A DNA stretch of 63,418 nucleotides, filler included, from Choristocarpus tenellus KU-1152 (taxonomy: Eukaryota > Protista > Phaeophyceae), in the NCBI GenBank assembly GCA_964200185.2. It is 7 parts of 7 records of this genome, joined end to end, with 100 filler letters (N's around TTAATTAATTAA, not from the genome) between each part and the next. Parts side by side here need not be neighbours in the genome. Positions count along the whole stretch, not along the records: positions 40,687 to 54,449 come from CAXNAD020001375.1; positions 54,550 to 63,418 come from CAXNAD020004242.1; 5 more parts are not named here. The stretch is one strand, 5' to 3'. Of the stretch, positions 52,504-63,418 are shown piece by piece. A model generated the notes under the pieces. It worked only from the letters and a program-made list of their open reading frames with translations. It had not been told where the DNA came from and did no database searches. Every line of letters starts with the position of its first letter. Position 1 is the stretch's first letter. A program made the translations under genes and the position numbers.

Positions 52504-54449
52504 CTCACCTGACCGGGCAACACTCTCCTTGAAATCAGGAGGAGCATTAAACCTCATGGGACGATCATCAACACTACCCCCTCCACTCGTTCCACCTTTG
52601 CCCCCTGTGGCATTCTTGTAGGAAGGTGGAGCTTCAGTCTTGACTTCTCCACTATACTCATGAGCTTCTAGGTGTGGGTAAAACAAGTAGAATGCAAACA
52701 AGAAAGAAAATTAATTCTGTTCATCACACAATAAAAAATTATACTTGAGCCCTGTACACCAAACAAGCATGAAACTGCAGAGCCATACCGACATTCCACG
52801 AAAACATTCACCATCTGCGACAATAAGACTTGATCCCTAGGCTGCAAGGGATGACGAACAAATAGTCAAGCGCGGAGAGGACAATCATCAATACATACCA
52901 GAGAAATGTCACCTCTACACCAAATGTGATCAAAGCAAACTCGAAGCATCTTCTCTGCCATATACAGTCACCTGATATTCCCACTGCAGCCCTACCTTGA
53001 AAGGAAGATGCACTCATCCCGTCCAGAGTGCTGGGGTGACGATTTTGGCCTTTTGGCTTTAGCCAGATGCAATACATTGCAATAGCTATTAGAAACAGCA
53101 CAACAGATCCACCAATAGCTACAATCATGATGATGTCCGATGACCCACTGTTGCTATCATTGGTCACTACTTGGTCATCGTCTTCTAATACCCTGGAAAC
53201 ATCATCATCATCTGCAACAAAGCACAAAAGGGCTTCAGGGATCAGAACATACTCTTCACTGTTGTCAAACGAGTGTTGGACCCGTCACTTCAGCTAGCTA
53301 CCAGGAAGAGGTTGAACAAAACCAGAACTGGTACACCATACCAAACCAGGAACTAAAGTAGTGTCAGGAAGGTGTTTGCGGGTACATAATACACAGGAAC
53401 TTTCCCAGTTAGAGTCAAAATATGAACGTAGTCCAACTTCTCACATGAAACTACAGCAGGAGCAATGATGTTTAAATTGGTCTGACCAAGGAACAAGAAA
53501 AAAATAATCTGTTTCTTGATGAGACCAGACTAAATGGGAAACAAGGAAATGACCTTTGCACTCAAGATACCTGGGGTTCCTATCCTGAAAAATTGCATGC
53601 AAAGAAACTGGGGTCGTCCAATCCATCCTCTTGACCCAAAGGCCTTTAAGGACTACTCTTAACAGAATTCTAAACACTGTTACTGCCTGTTTGTACTATT
53701 TGTTCACAAACTAAAAGCAACATGGAATTGTTTGTGATTGATAGAACTTCTGCCTGGTTCCCAAAGTTAGATCACACCATAAAAATGGTGGCAAAAGGCA
53801 ATGGGACCGATGGCATTCTGCTAGCACTAATCCACTATTCTAGAGAGTTGAACCACCAAATATTCAAAAAACTGTATTTTTGAACATTAGTCATAAACGT
53901 ACCAAAATCTGCCATAACTCACAATGATTTTATAGATAACAAATCACGATAATCTCAAGATATAACTAAATCACAAAAAACTCCAGTATCAGTTAGAGAA
54001 AAGAGAAAATCATAGTTTGTTCCTAATACCATGGAGGGCATCAACTTTTACAAAATACTGATATCCAGATATGTGTGAAAAAGCAATGTTGGAAGAAATA
54101 AATAAATGGGCTTCTCAACTAGATTGGCTGTATCACAACATTTACAACTAAGGAATGACGAAACATGTCCCTACTAAGTCTTGCAATTGGAGCAGGAACA
54201 GAAGAAATTATAATCTCTTGAGAGTCAACATCTCTGCTTCACGCTGCTTGGTGCTTGGGAGCTAAAGGCTTTTGCTTTCAAGAAAACAGCAAGGTGGGTT
54301 CTTCCTACTGGGTCCATACCTTGGAGTAACGTGGGATCGAAGAGATTCTCTACCCACAACACCTCACCATCATAATATGATGACGACAGCATATCCAAGT
54401 CACCATCTCCATCCAAGTCTGCTGCCGAAAGACCCCAAGGGAAATCTTG
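41083..54449 (-). CDS. Receptor-like kinase: FG-GAP repeat - TM - MLKL-like four-helix bundle - brace - kinase N-lobe (partial at both ends)
   Basis: Nine exons: 54449-54320, 53211-52972, 52667-52509, 49865-49510, 48616-48542, 47123-47046, 46374-46258, 45725-45405, 41124-41083. All are GT-AG with phases 1,1,1,0,0,0,0,0 and no stops. Motifs: AADLDGDGDLDMLSSSYYDGEVLWVEN (FG-GAP); IIMIVAIGGSVVLFLIAIAMYCIWLKPK (TM); helical bundle VPWIRDVYGLLDAVV...YGNKSMLAQFAMSRTCKHHFDE; LTFTSSKPFAVGGYSSVYQVVHKGEVCAAK (kinase I-II). Confidence 0.82.
41277..41582 (-). pseudogene. NUMT: fragment of mitochondrial large-subunit rRNA (rnl) in an intron
   Basis: ccagtgatctattacgctatctttaaataatgtctgcttccaagcctac is the reverse complement of the GTPase-associated centre. 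ggaccttagct...tgggctgtttccc...ttagca follows in the bacterial-type LSU order. The AT-rich divergence fits mitochondrion better than plastid. Confidence 0.82.
50170..50427. mobile_element. MITE family A, copy 4 (TSD ACT)
   Basis: act|gagtgaaagtatcttagagggtac...tacccttcaagttaatttggctc|act. Confidence 0.86.
50496..52271 (-). mobile_element. Decayed Tc1/mariner of the plant/oomycete DD39D type with TIRs, in an intron
   Basis: TIR ta|ccctccgcttacaaaacagacctatgcgttggattcctt matches aaggaatccaacgcaaaagtccatttggtaatcagagg. Frameshifted transposase motifs: INMDRAWFY, FNGNIGIW, LLPAIKAK, PDLNTND. Confidence 0.8.
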
Positions 54450-54549
54450 NNNNNNNNNNNNNNNNNNNNNNNNNNNNNNNNNNNNNNNNNNNNTTAATTA
54501 ATTAANNNNNNNNNNNNNNNNNNNNNNNNNNNNNNNNNNNNNNNNNNNN

Positions 54550-55317
54550 CAACTGTGAAGGTACCATTCCATCCATTGTTGACTTCCAGTCTTGCCTTCG
54601 AAACATAAGAGTCTTGCCTTCGAGACGTTATATCGTATGTTTCGAAGGCAAGACTGGAAGTCAACAATGGATGGAATGGTACCTTCACAGTTGGAGGGAT
54701 GTGCGGTCGACAAGAATGTCTTGGATATTCTCTTCCATTCCACGGGCGGAACTTCATGACATCGCAAGGACGGTGGGAAAGGAATAATGATGATCTAAGT
54801 TTCTCAACACGCTTAAGCGCCTAACACAAACTCTAGAGGCGCAGCCGGACTGGTTTTTGAATTGGTACTGTATCACTCATGGCTTCTGATGGGTCTCATG
54901 ATGTTCCGCCCCTGGAATGGTAGAGAATATCCAAGACATTCTTGTCGACCGCACATCCCTCCAACTGTGAAGGTACCATTCCATCCATTATTGACTTCCA
55001 GTCTTGCCTTCGAAACATATGTGTCTTGCCTTCGAGACATTATATCGTATGTTTCGAAGGCAAGACTGGAAGTCAATAATGGATGGAATGGTACCTTCAC
55101 AGTTGGAGGGATGTGCGGTCGACAAAAATGCCTTGGATGTTCTCTTCCATTCCACGGGCGGAACTTCATGACATCGCAAGGACGGTGGGAAAGGAATAAT
55201 GATGATCTAAGTTTCTCAACACGCTTAAGCGCCTAAAACAAACTCTAGCTAGGGGAGGCGCAGCCGGACTGGTTTTTGAATTGGTACTGTATCACTCATG
55301 GCTTCTGATAGGTCTCA
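54550..55317. repeat. Tandem ~412-419 bp units, each containing a ~270-nt fold-back hairpin
   Basis: Full hairpin at ~54897-55170 with ~120-bp arms and a ~28-nt loop. A truncated copy starts at 54550. The spacer aggcgcagccggactgg occurs at 54837 and 55256. Confidence 0.9.
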
Positions 55318-57982
55318 CACGGGGTCAGAAGAAACTCACCAGAGTGGGTGATGCAGATTTCATCAAGAAGGAAGGTGTGGATAAGGAAGAGATCACCAAG
55401 GCCAGCGTTCGAGAGACACAATACAACAAGCTGCTCGTTCGCGGTACTTCTCACTCCAACGAGAGGTAGGAGATCGCGGAGAGCCCGGGAGCGCTCTGGC
55501 CGCGAGGCCCGTGAAAGAGGCTGGCCGAGGTGGCAGCCGGGGTACGACCGGTCACCGTATTGACCCTGGGACGACAGGATCCAACTCCAGGGGGCTAACC
55601 AAGGCCCGAAAGAGATGTGATAAGTGTGGATTGGTTAAGCATTTCGGTTCCTGTAAATTTGAAGGACCGTGGTACAGCTGCAGGAAGAATGGCCACCCGT
55701 TCAAGCTGTGTGCCCACAGAGGAGGGCAAACCCGTTAAAGTCGGTGGGGATACTAGCTGAACCAGACGAACAAGCTAGGGAATCTAGGAGGTTCAAGACC
55801 ATGTTAGGCACTGTGGCTCATCATGGCAAGGTGAGATTGGATGCTTTCGAGACGTGGTGTTTTGATTCGGGTGCTTCCAATAGTGCAACGAAAGACTCTA
55901 AGTAGATGTATGACTTCACCACATGTCCACAAGGCCACAACATGACCGTGGCTGACGGCACATCACTATCCATTGCGGGGTATGGCAAGATTGATTGTAA
56001 TTTCAATGTTGGCTGCGATGAGTGGGTGCATGTTACTCTGACATCTGTTACTTTTGTCCCGAAGGTAGCTTTCAATCTTCTCTCTTCACATTCTGCTCGT
56101 AGGGCTAAGGAAGTGAATAGCAATGATGGTGATGATGATGGGGTGGATGAGGCCAAGGACAGCCAATGTGAAAGGGAACTACGACGACTCAGCATTGGCA
56201 ATGATGAAGACAACATCCTTCCCCACCGCACCAGATCAGGCAATCATCCTACTTCCACCAAAGCTTCTGTTTTTGACATTTCCAATTTTTTGTGACTTGT
56301 TTGTCTGTTTCCATAGAGACTACCCTTGTGGTGTGTGCGAGTGATGATTCTATTAGAGTGTTAGCGGATGAATTCCCTTCAGAACCCAAAGACTGTAAGA
56401 AAAGCACGTAGCTCTCCCGAATGTGATTTATGGGATCGAGCTAGAGCAGAAGAGATGTCTGGTTTGTTGTTGAATAATGTTTTGGTGGAGGCCGTATTAC
56501 CCCCTGTACGAAGGGCAATAGACACTAAATGGGTTCACAAGCGTAAGACTAACAAATTTGGTGTGGTAGTTAGATACAAGGCACGATTGGTAGCAAAAGA
56601 GTTTCAACAGATTGAGGGTTTGGATTACCTAGATGCCTTTGCACCAACACCGTCCCCTGCATCTTTGAAAATGGTATTAGCTTTAGCTGCAGACAAGGAT
56701 TGGGAATTGAAACATTGGGATGTAAAACAAGCTTTTATCCAAGCAGACATTAGTGAAGAGATCTCTGTTCATTTATGTGATGGATGTGGTATATGGTCTG
56801 GAAAGATTGTGTGTTGATCAAGGCACTTTATGGCACCAAATAGGCAAGCAGAGAGTTTAATAATCTGTTGGTGCACGTTTTGGAAAAGTGTGGTTTTGAG
56901 CAATGCAAAGCAGACCCTTGTGTGCTACGCTATATAAGAGATGGCATTTTTGTGCTGTGATAGCCCCCCACGTAGATGATGTATTGGTAGCTGGTAAGAT
57001 TGATGTTTTGATTTGGGTTTTCTCTAGGATTAAAGAGCAGTTTTCCATAGCAGACTTTGGTGATGTTGAGTATTCTATGGGTTGTGAGATTTCACGTGAC
57101 AGAACTGCACAGACTGTCACCATCAGTCAGACTAGGTACATTAAGAGTGTTTGTCAAAGATTTGGTATGGATGGGGCAAAGAAGAGGTCGGTACCCCATG
57201 ATCTCTCAAGGACCCTAGATAAGAGTGAGAGTCATCCAAGTGTTGATGAAAGTACACCGTACAGAGAGGCAGTTGGTAGTTTGATATGGGCATCTGTTAT
57301 GACCAGACTTGATATTTCAAATGCAGTTCGTGAAGTTGCTAACCAAGTACAGTAGCAATCCCAAAGTCACATTGGCGTGCAGTGAGATGTATTTTAGCAT
57401 ATTTGAATGCATGTCCCAGTGTTGGATTGAGTTTTGGTGGTTTTTATACTGAGTGTGAGTTGAGTGCGTATGCTGATGCTAGTTATGCTGGAGACTGGAA
57501 TGATTGTAGATCAGTGACAGGAGGAGCAATATCTTGGATGTCAAAGATACAAAGAGTTGTAGCTCTGTCTTCCACAGAGAGTGAATACATGGCTCTTAGT
57601 AGTGTGACACGGAAATTACTTTTCTTGGGAAGTATTTTTGAGTTCATTCAGTCACAGTTTCCTAGGTGTTGTGTTGAATTATTTGAGGATAACGATGGTG
57701 CATGCAAACTAGTACGAAATGCCACAAGCTCTACTAGAACAAAGCACATTGATGTCCAACATCATCTTCTGAGGGATTTGTCTAGAAAAGGAGAGATTCA
57801 TGTTGTTTTTGTTGGTACTGCATATCAGAGGGCACAGATGTATTGACCAAGAATTTGTCAGTCCGAGTTTTTTAGACCACATACAAAGTTTTTTGATGAA
57901 CATGTGACACAACATGTGTGTCTTATTGTTTATTTTTTTGTGATTGTTTGAGAGTTAATACTTGTTCTCAGCAAGGGGAGGA
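55280..57982 (+). mobile_element. Ty1/copia LTR retrotransposon, degenerate (gag zinc knuckles, protease, RT, RNase H; integrase missing)
   Basis: Knuckles CDKCGLVKH and SCRKNGHPFKLC; protease WCFDSGAS; RT KWVHKRK...RYKARLVAK, HWDVKQAF and HVDD; RNase H YADAS, SSTESEY, EDN and RTKHIDV. Multiple stops and frameshifts. PPT aaggggagga at 57973-57982 is followed by TG at 57983 (probable 3' LTR start). Confidence 0.92.
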
Positions 57983-60900
57983 TGTCGAATACCTAGTGTT
58001 TCCGTACGTTATCTGTGCTGATCCAAGTAAACAACATAGCTTATATGTACGTTGATCTTTAGTTCAGTACAATACAAGGTAGTAACGTACGCAGCGGTAT
58101 GTTATGTTACGTGGGCCAATGGGACATTACAAATGGTATAATGAGACAATAGCATTGAGTTGACAATAACCTGCAGACGATTAATAACTCAGTGTGTGCT
58201 TTGCCATGCAATTCAACTGCTAGCTTCCGGCGACGAGCCTTACGTGCGCCAAGCTTTTCAACATCTTGCTTGCCTAACATGCTTCAAAGATGTGCTAGAT
58301 TACGCCTTCAATGAACCATCTCCCACCAATGTCAAGTTCGAGGGAATCTGATGTACATTGGAGGACTCTCACCTCCTTGAGCACCTCGGACAAGGCCTTT
58401 GACGGATGGAACTCGTATCCTCCAAGCTGGAAGCAATTCAAGCTCTGCTATATAGTGCAACTACAAGCCCTCCGGTCCCCTCAAACGATCATGACGGATG
58501 TTAGCTGGCAAGTAAGGCAACCGGAGAGCCATGGTAATTACGATCCAAGTATGTAAGGCGTGTTTTCTGGACGCGGAAGAATCAGCGAAATACATATTCG
58601 AGAGAAATGCCAAAAAGCCTGCACACGAAAGCGTTTCATGAATTTGCTCTCACCAGGATGAATCACATACGTGAGTCAAAATCATTAATAGAGGGAAAAG
58701 TGGACGCTCAACTTGGTGGTGCTTCCTCCTATCTAGCCTTGCCGGGCACTAAGAGTTGGTGGCGGGGTGCTAGGTAAATGTTCGATCCTCGGCGACGCTC
58801 AAGACATGTATCTCAGGAATAAATCGTCACATAGAGCTATCCTGGAAGGTAAGCTAAAGTCGATGCTGGATTTCTTTCGGTAACTAAAAAACCTAACCCG
58901 CACTGTGGTTAAAGTTCTACCTGGTGCTGATCTTGATATGGACCGGTGGGATCTGCACGACCGGATCAGTTGCAGTGGTCGAGTGTCTCCCTAAGTCCCG
59001 CACCTACCCATTGTCGAATTAATCCCAGATGTGAAGCTCATGTATACGTCACGCTCAAGCAGCAGCTGAAGCAGCCCACTTAGATCAGAGGGTACATGCT
59101 CATTCACCTTGTCTGCTGAATACCGCCTTTCTCATTGTCTAACTCTTTGATTGACTATTGTTGTACTCTATCCTTTGTGTGGTATGTGACCTCCCCCTCG
59201 TCGAATTAATCCTGGTACGTGGACTGAGGAGTGCTAGCTTTCAACAGTACTTTTCTTTGTTTTCACGGATGATGCTGAACCTAAAAAGAAAGCTTGGAGT
59301 CAACTATCAGTAAAGTATTATGCTACTGATCAGGAGTAAACTGATTGTCAAGCTGGGTGTGCACAGCAGTCACTCCTTTTCGTGCTAAGCTGAATCAAGA
59401 ACGTGGGTACCCTGATTCTCGCACCCACCTCTCGATTTTCCTCGGTGGACTGATTTTTCTTGGACCAAATGCATATGGTGATGGGCAGTATCCTAACTGC
59501 AGCCCCAGGGCTGAATTATGGTGCCTACTTCCCGCCCTTACAGACCCAGCCAGCAATTCTCATTATTTGTCGTTGGAGTTCCAGGATAGGTCGTTCGAAA
59601 AGATTCGATTCTCCTTTCCTACACGATTCCGTCCCAGAAGTATCCCACCTTGAAATCAATGACCTATTTCAAGCAGTCCAGGGAATGAATTAAGCGAACT
59701 GCGATACCTCAGTTGCACTAGACTCCGGGGTGCTTGAAGTATAACTATGTGTTGCCCCTCTCCCTCCATCAAATGAAGAAGCCACTTCCTGGAGAAATAC
59801 TGTACTTTTGAAGTAATGAAGTGCCTTGTGACCCTGCAGCCTCATGCATGTCATGCATATAGTAAGTCATCCACAAACCTCACCTCCATCGACCCAAAAC
59901 CTCATTCACAGCGCAATTTCTCGACACTTTTGAGATATCTGTTGACATAAATGACGAGAATATGCCAACGATATGGAGATACTCATCTTCTGGATGGAAG
60001 ACTGGGATGTCCAATTAAACCATGAACCCTGAGTATATGCTAGCATATCCAAGGGAAAAGACTACTACTGTGGCATAAACAGTGAGGAACGTTCAATCCT
60101 GTGATCATGTGGTGGAAATCGTGGCATCTCAGGGCAACATAGACAGAGGAAAATGAGATCGGAACCACAACCTTTTACTGTAAGTGAAAGTCTTCAAGAC
60201 TTACGCTTCACTAGGAAAATGACTTGGGGATGAGGAAATAGATTTGAGATTTTCTCATTACCTCTCCCCCAGGCACTTGTCCCTCCAGGCACTTGTTCAA
60301 GTGGCACCTGTTGCATTGAAACTACACTATCACTATACATCCCTCTTGTTCAAAAATCCCCTGCCCTTTACTTGCCCTTAGCACGAAAACATATGCGAGG
60401 AAACTTCAACCCTCACGTCCTTGGAGTGTTCTCCATCAAGAGGCCCATTGACACTTCTCATCAATCCAGGTGAGGGCTGAGCAGCACTGCAAATGAGGAG
60501 GCTAGTTTGTGCTCAACTGGTTTGGTTTCAACTGAATTTCATGCATTTTCTTGCTGACAATATGCATAACATGTAAATTTTCATTCAGTGAGTGTTTTGA
60601 ATAGAGCTTTGAATGATTTTGATTATGTTTTCGTAGTTCATTGTTCAGAACCATACATCTGGTTTTCTTCTTTCCAGTCATATTCGATAAACCTGCTTAA
60701 ACTCTCATGATATTTTAAACACGTATGCAAACAAAAATATTCAATCTGTCCCTTTCTACCAGGCAATCAGTGCGGACGGTTCCCTCTTCTAGTATAGAAG
60801 AAGGAACACTCTCTTGTTGCCGCACTCACCCTCATGATCTCCATCCCTAGCGAGAAACAGTGGATTAAAATAAAAACGAAGTGTTGGCATGATATGGTTT

Positions 60901-61961
60901 GTAAGGTTTATGGCTCAAGCAACGTCACTGCCCTCTAATACCGCAATCCTCACACAGTGAGATCGATGGTGTAGCGGAGGCCATTCGCCTCAGCATTAAA
61001 AAAAGTTTTGCAGCAACCATAATCCAGTCTCTTGTTCGAAGCTGGGCCGCAAGGAAGAAGCATCAGTTGGTGTCGGCAGCTTCAACGCTCCAGCTATAGT
61101 ACAGAATGTTTCTTATTATCTGGAGGTTCGCTATAATGTATCCATTCATATGCTATAACCCATGAGGTGCCATGTATTGACTTCCATGATCTACTGTACT
61201 GGGCCCTTTGTAGCAATAGAATTGAGATGGGCAGGTGATGAGTGAGCTGAACTAAACGAGATTTACGCATGGTTTGGGTGTCTTTCTATTTTTTTATTTT
61301 TTTTTTATGCCTGTTTTTGAATATTTTGCAATTCACCAATATTTGTATGGATGAAGGTCTAAGTTTCCTTGAGGGCGTATATTTCTCTAGAATTTGAAAT
61401 TTTCTTACACAATTTAGCCAATACCCAATACAAATATTTCCATCTAGCCGAATTTTGAGCATAGTTGTCAGCAACTTAAGAATGCCACTCTGGGTTCATT
61501 CTCCTTTATTTTGACTCAGTGAAAATCTTGCATATCCTGGTGGTGGATGTGATGGGTCATTCACTTCTTGACTTAGCCTCTATTCAATATGATTATAGTA
61601 TTGTAGAGCTGAACAGAAAACAACAATGTACCACTCATACTAGTGGGTGACTCTCTCGCACAGTGCAGTCCTCACATGCCCCTTAACCCAACACTGCCCA
61701 TCTGATGGTCAGAGGTAGATGGCTCACTGAGTTGTCGTAGCAAGTAGGACTTCAATGACAATCCGCAGTTCTAATCAGCAATAGACACACATGTGCTGGA
61801 GGTAATTTCACCACCAAACAGTTGGTCCAGGTTGAAGATATCCACTGTGGGAGTGGAATGCACAACAGAAAGTGCCATGGAGATGATCGATTTGTCACCA
61901 TCAACTAAAGAAAAACGACTACTCAATTTACGTACATTCTGGAGCAGGTGTGGATCACTAT

Positions 61962-62220
61962 GACCAAAAATACCTTAGAGGGTACGAGTTTTGCCCTATT
62001 TTTCCATTTGGGACTTGGCTTCCCATGGGTTTTTCGATGACATTTTCCTACTCCAAAATGTTTAGGAGTGGGTAAAATGTGTACCTTTTGGAAAGGCGTG
62101 TCCGGAACATGGATATTGACACTTCCTAACAAACACGATAGCCAAAATTACATCAAAATTGCAACATTGGAGTTTGGTCCCTAAATGGATGCGGCTCTAT
62201 CCTCTAAGATAATTTAGCTC
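61962..62220. mobile_element. MITE family A, copy 5 (TSD TAT)
   Basis: tat|gaccaaaaataccttagagggtac...tatcctctaagataatttagctc|tat. Confidence 0.86.
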
Positions 62221-63418
62221 TATGACCCTCCTTCGATCACATGGCATACAGAGTTCCCCGCTACTGTATGTCCTACATAGTTCTCCAGAGTGAAACACTG
62301 AAGTCTGACTTGTTGAGCCGTAAAGGAAAAACGTTAAACGAGCCTGAGCACTACTTAACCCATTCGATCTGTCTTGCCAGATACGAATTGTTTCTGGACA
62401 AATCGAGGATGAAGCACAAGTGTAAGAGACAGACTCTTCAGACACAGGTACAGAAATATATAGCTGAGGTGGTGGATGGGGCATAGAAACATATCACTGC
62501 TGGTTGATAATCACTGTGGGTATGGAAGTTGGTTATGAGTGAGATTTGCAAAAAAATCTGGAGCAATATTGTTAAGGGCAGATGTAGAAAACTGTCTTTG
62601 ACACCTTACTGTCTCGTATGTGTATGAAGGGGGGGGTGAGGATTAGAGCAGAAGAGGAAGGTTACGGACGGTGAGATTTGGAGCATGATAGCAACACAAA
62701 TTCTTCACTATTTTTTGTTTTGTTGCTAAAAAGTATACGAATATACTGAGGCGTTGTGGCTAGCATCAGTGCCCAAACATGTGCACTGACAGCAGGTGGT
62801 GGTATTGTATCATGGCATAGTAGGGTGGTGAACTGGGGAGCACTGATTATGTAGCCTGGGTTGAAGGCTTGGAATAATCTCATGGAAAGGGAGCTGTTCC
62901 GAACACAACCCTTCTCCTTTTCAAGTTACTCCTCAACACAAACTGCTTCCCAGTGCTCAACACTACTCTAAACGCCAAGCATCAACCTTCAGCCACACAC
63001 CCCAGCTTTGATAACAATTAAAATCCGACCTCTGTCATCACACTAGCCCCCAAACTGCATGGAGACCTCCCAATCCTGCCCCATTGCCTCTACCCATTCC
63101 TCTACATCGTTTTCAATCTCAACCAGAGGGCGATCAGAGTGACTGCAGCTAGGAGGGAACTAGCAGCCTAACGGCAACATCTACATGCTGCAAAGGCTGC
63201 AACATTTTTCTGCAAGTGTGGGTCAGGCAGAATCTGGTCCCGAGACGGTGAATCCACTGCTTGTAATCTGCTGCTGATACATTTGAACAATACAGGATAC
63301 AGAATTAGTAAGCTTGCACGTGGGAATGTGGATGGGTGAATGGTAGTAGGGTGTTGGAACCGCTGTGTGAAAGCTCAGGCAATAATGCTTCTCAATGAGG
63401 CAGTCATTCCTCATATCT

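Noticed and set aside
14862-54549. Six identical TTAATTAATTAA motifs within N runs, and any gene neighbourhood spanning them
   Set aside because: These are artificial six-frame-stop linkers. The contigs need not be adjacent, so cross-linker clustering (e.g. HSF next to kinase, ParB next to receptor kinase) is meaningless.
54862-55236. Near-identical ORFs on both strands
   Set aside because: A trivial consequence of the inverted repeat.
58150-63418. Weak LINE-RT-like (SDKAFD), MULE-like (~60850-61200) and hAT-like (~62650-63400) fragments, and an exon-like segment at 62289-62447
   Set aside because: The motifs are too short or degenerate to call without an HMM search.

Overview
Eukaryotic, intron-rich and TE-rich DNA. 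It is most likely a stramenopile alga of the brown-algal/PX-clade type, based on a stramenopile-type 18S fragment, AC-rich splice acceptors, interstitial TTAGGG and a QIRGExKSGT sulfotransferase. The window is an artificial concatenation of 7 contigs joined by 100-bp N-TTAATTAATTAA-N linkers, so adjacency across linkers is not real. Hand splicing with GT/GC-AG sites and intron-phase checks recovers these partial genes: a mitochondrial carrier (carnitine/acylcarnitine type), a sulfotransferase, a heat-shock factor, a coiled-coil Ser/Thr kinase with GC-AG introns, and a 9-exon minus-strand gene reading FG-GAP repeat - single TM helix - MLKL-like four-helix bundle - helical brace - kinase N-lobe (candidate receptor-coupled MLKL-like protein). 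One whole contig holds a decayed intron-containing DUF7869/Sola-like transposase, head-to-head with an intact ParB/Srx-like ORF across a 172/270-bp repeat array. The last contig opens with tandem ~270-nt fold-back hairpins that run into the gag of a copia element. Also present: two MITE families sharing termini and variable 3-bp TSDs (11 copies), Tc1 and DD39D-type mariner relics, an 18S pseudogene fragment, a mitochondrial rnl NUMT and a higher-order satellite. All domain calls come from motif recognition by eye, not database searches.
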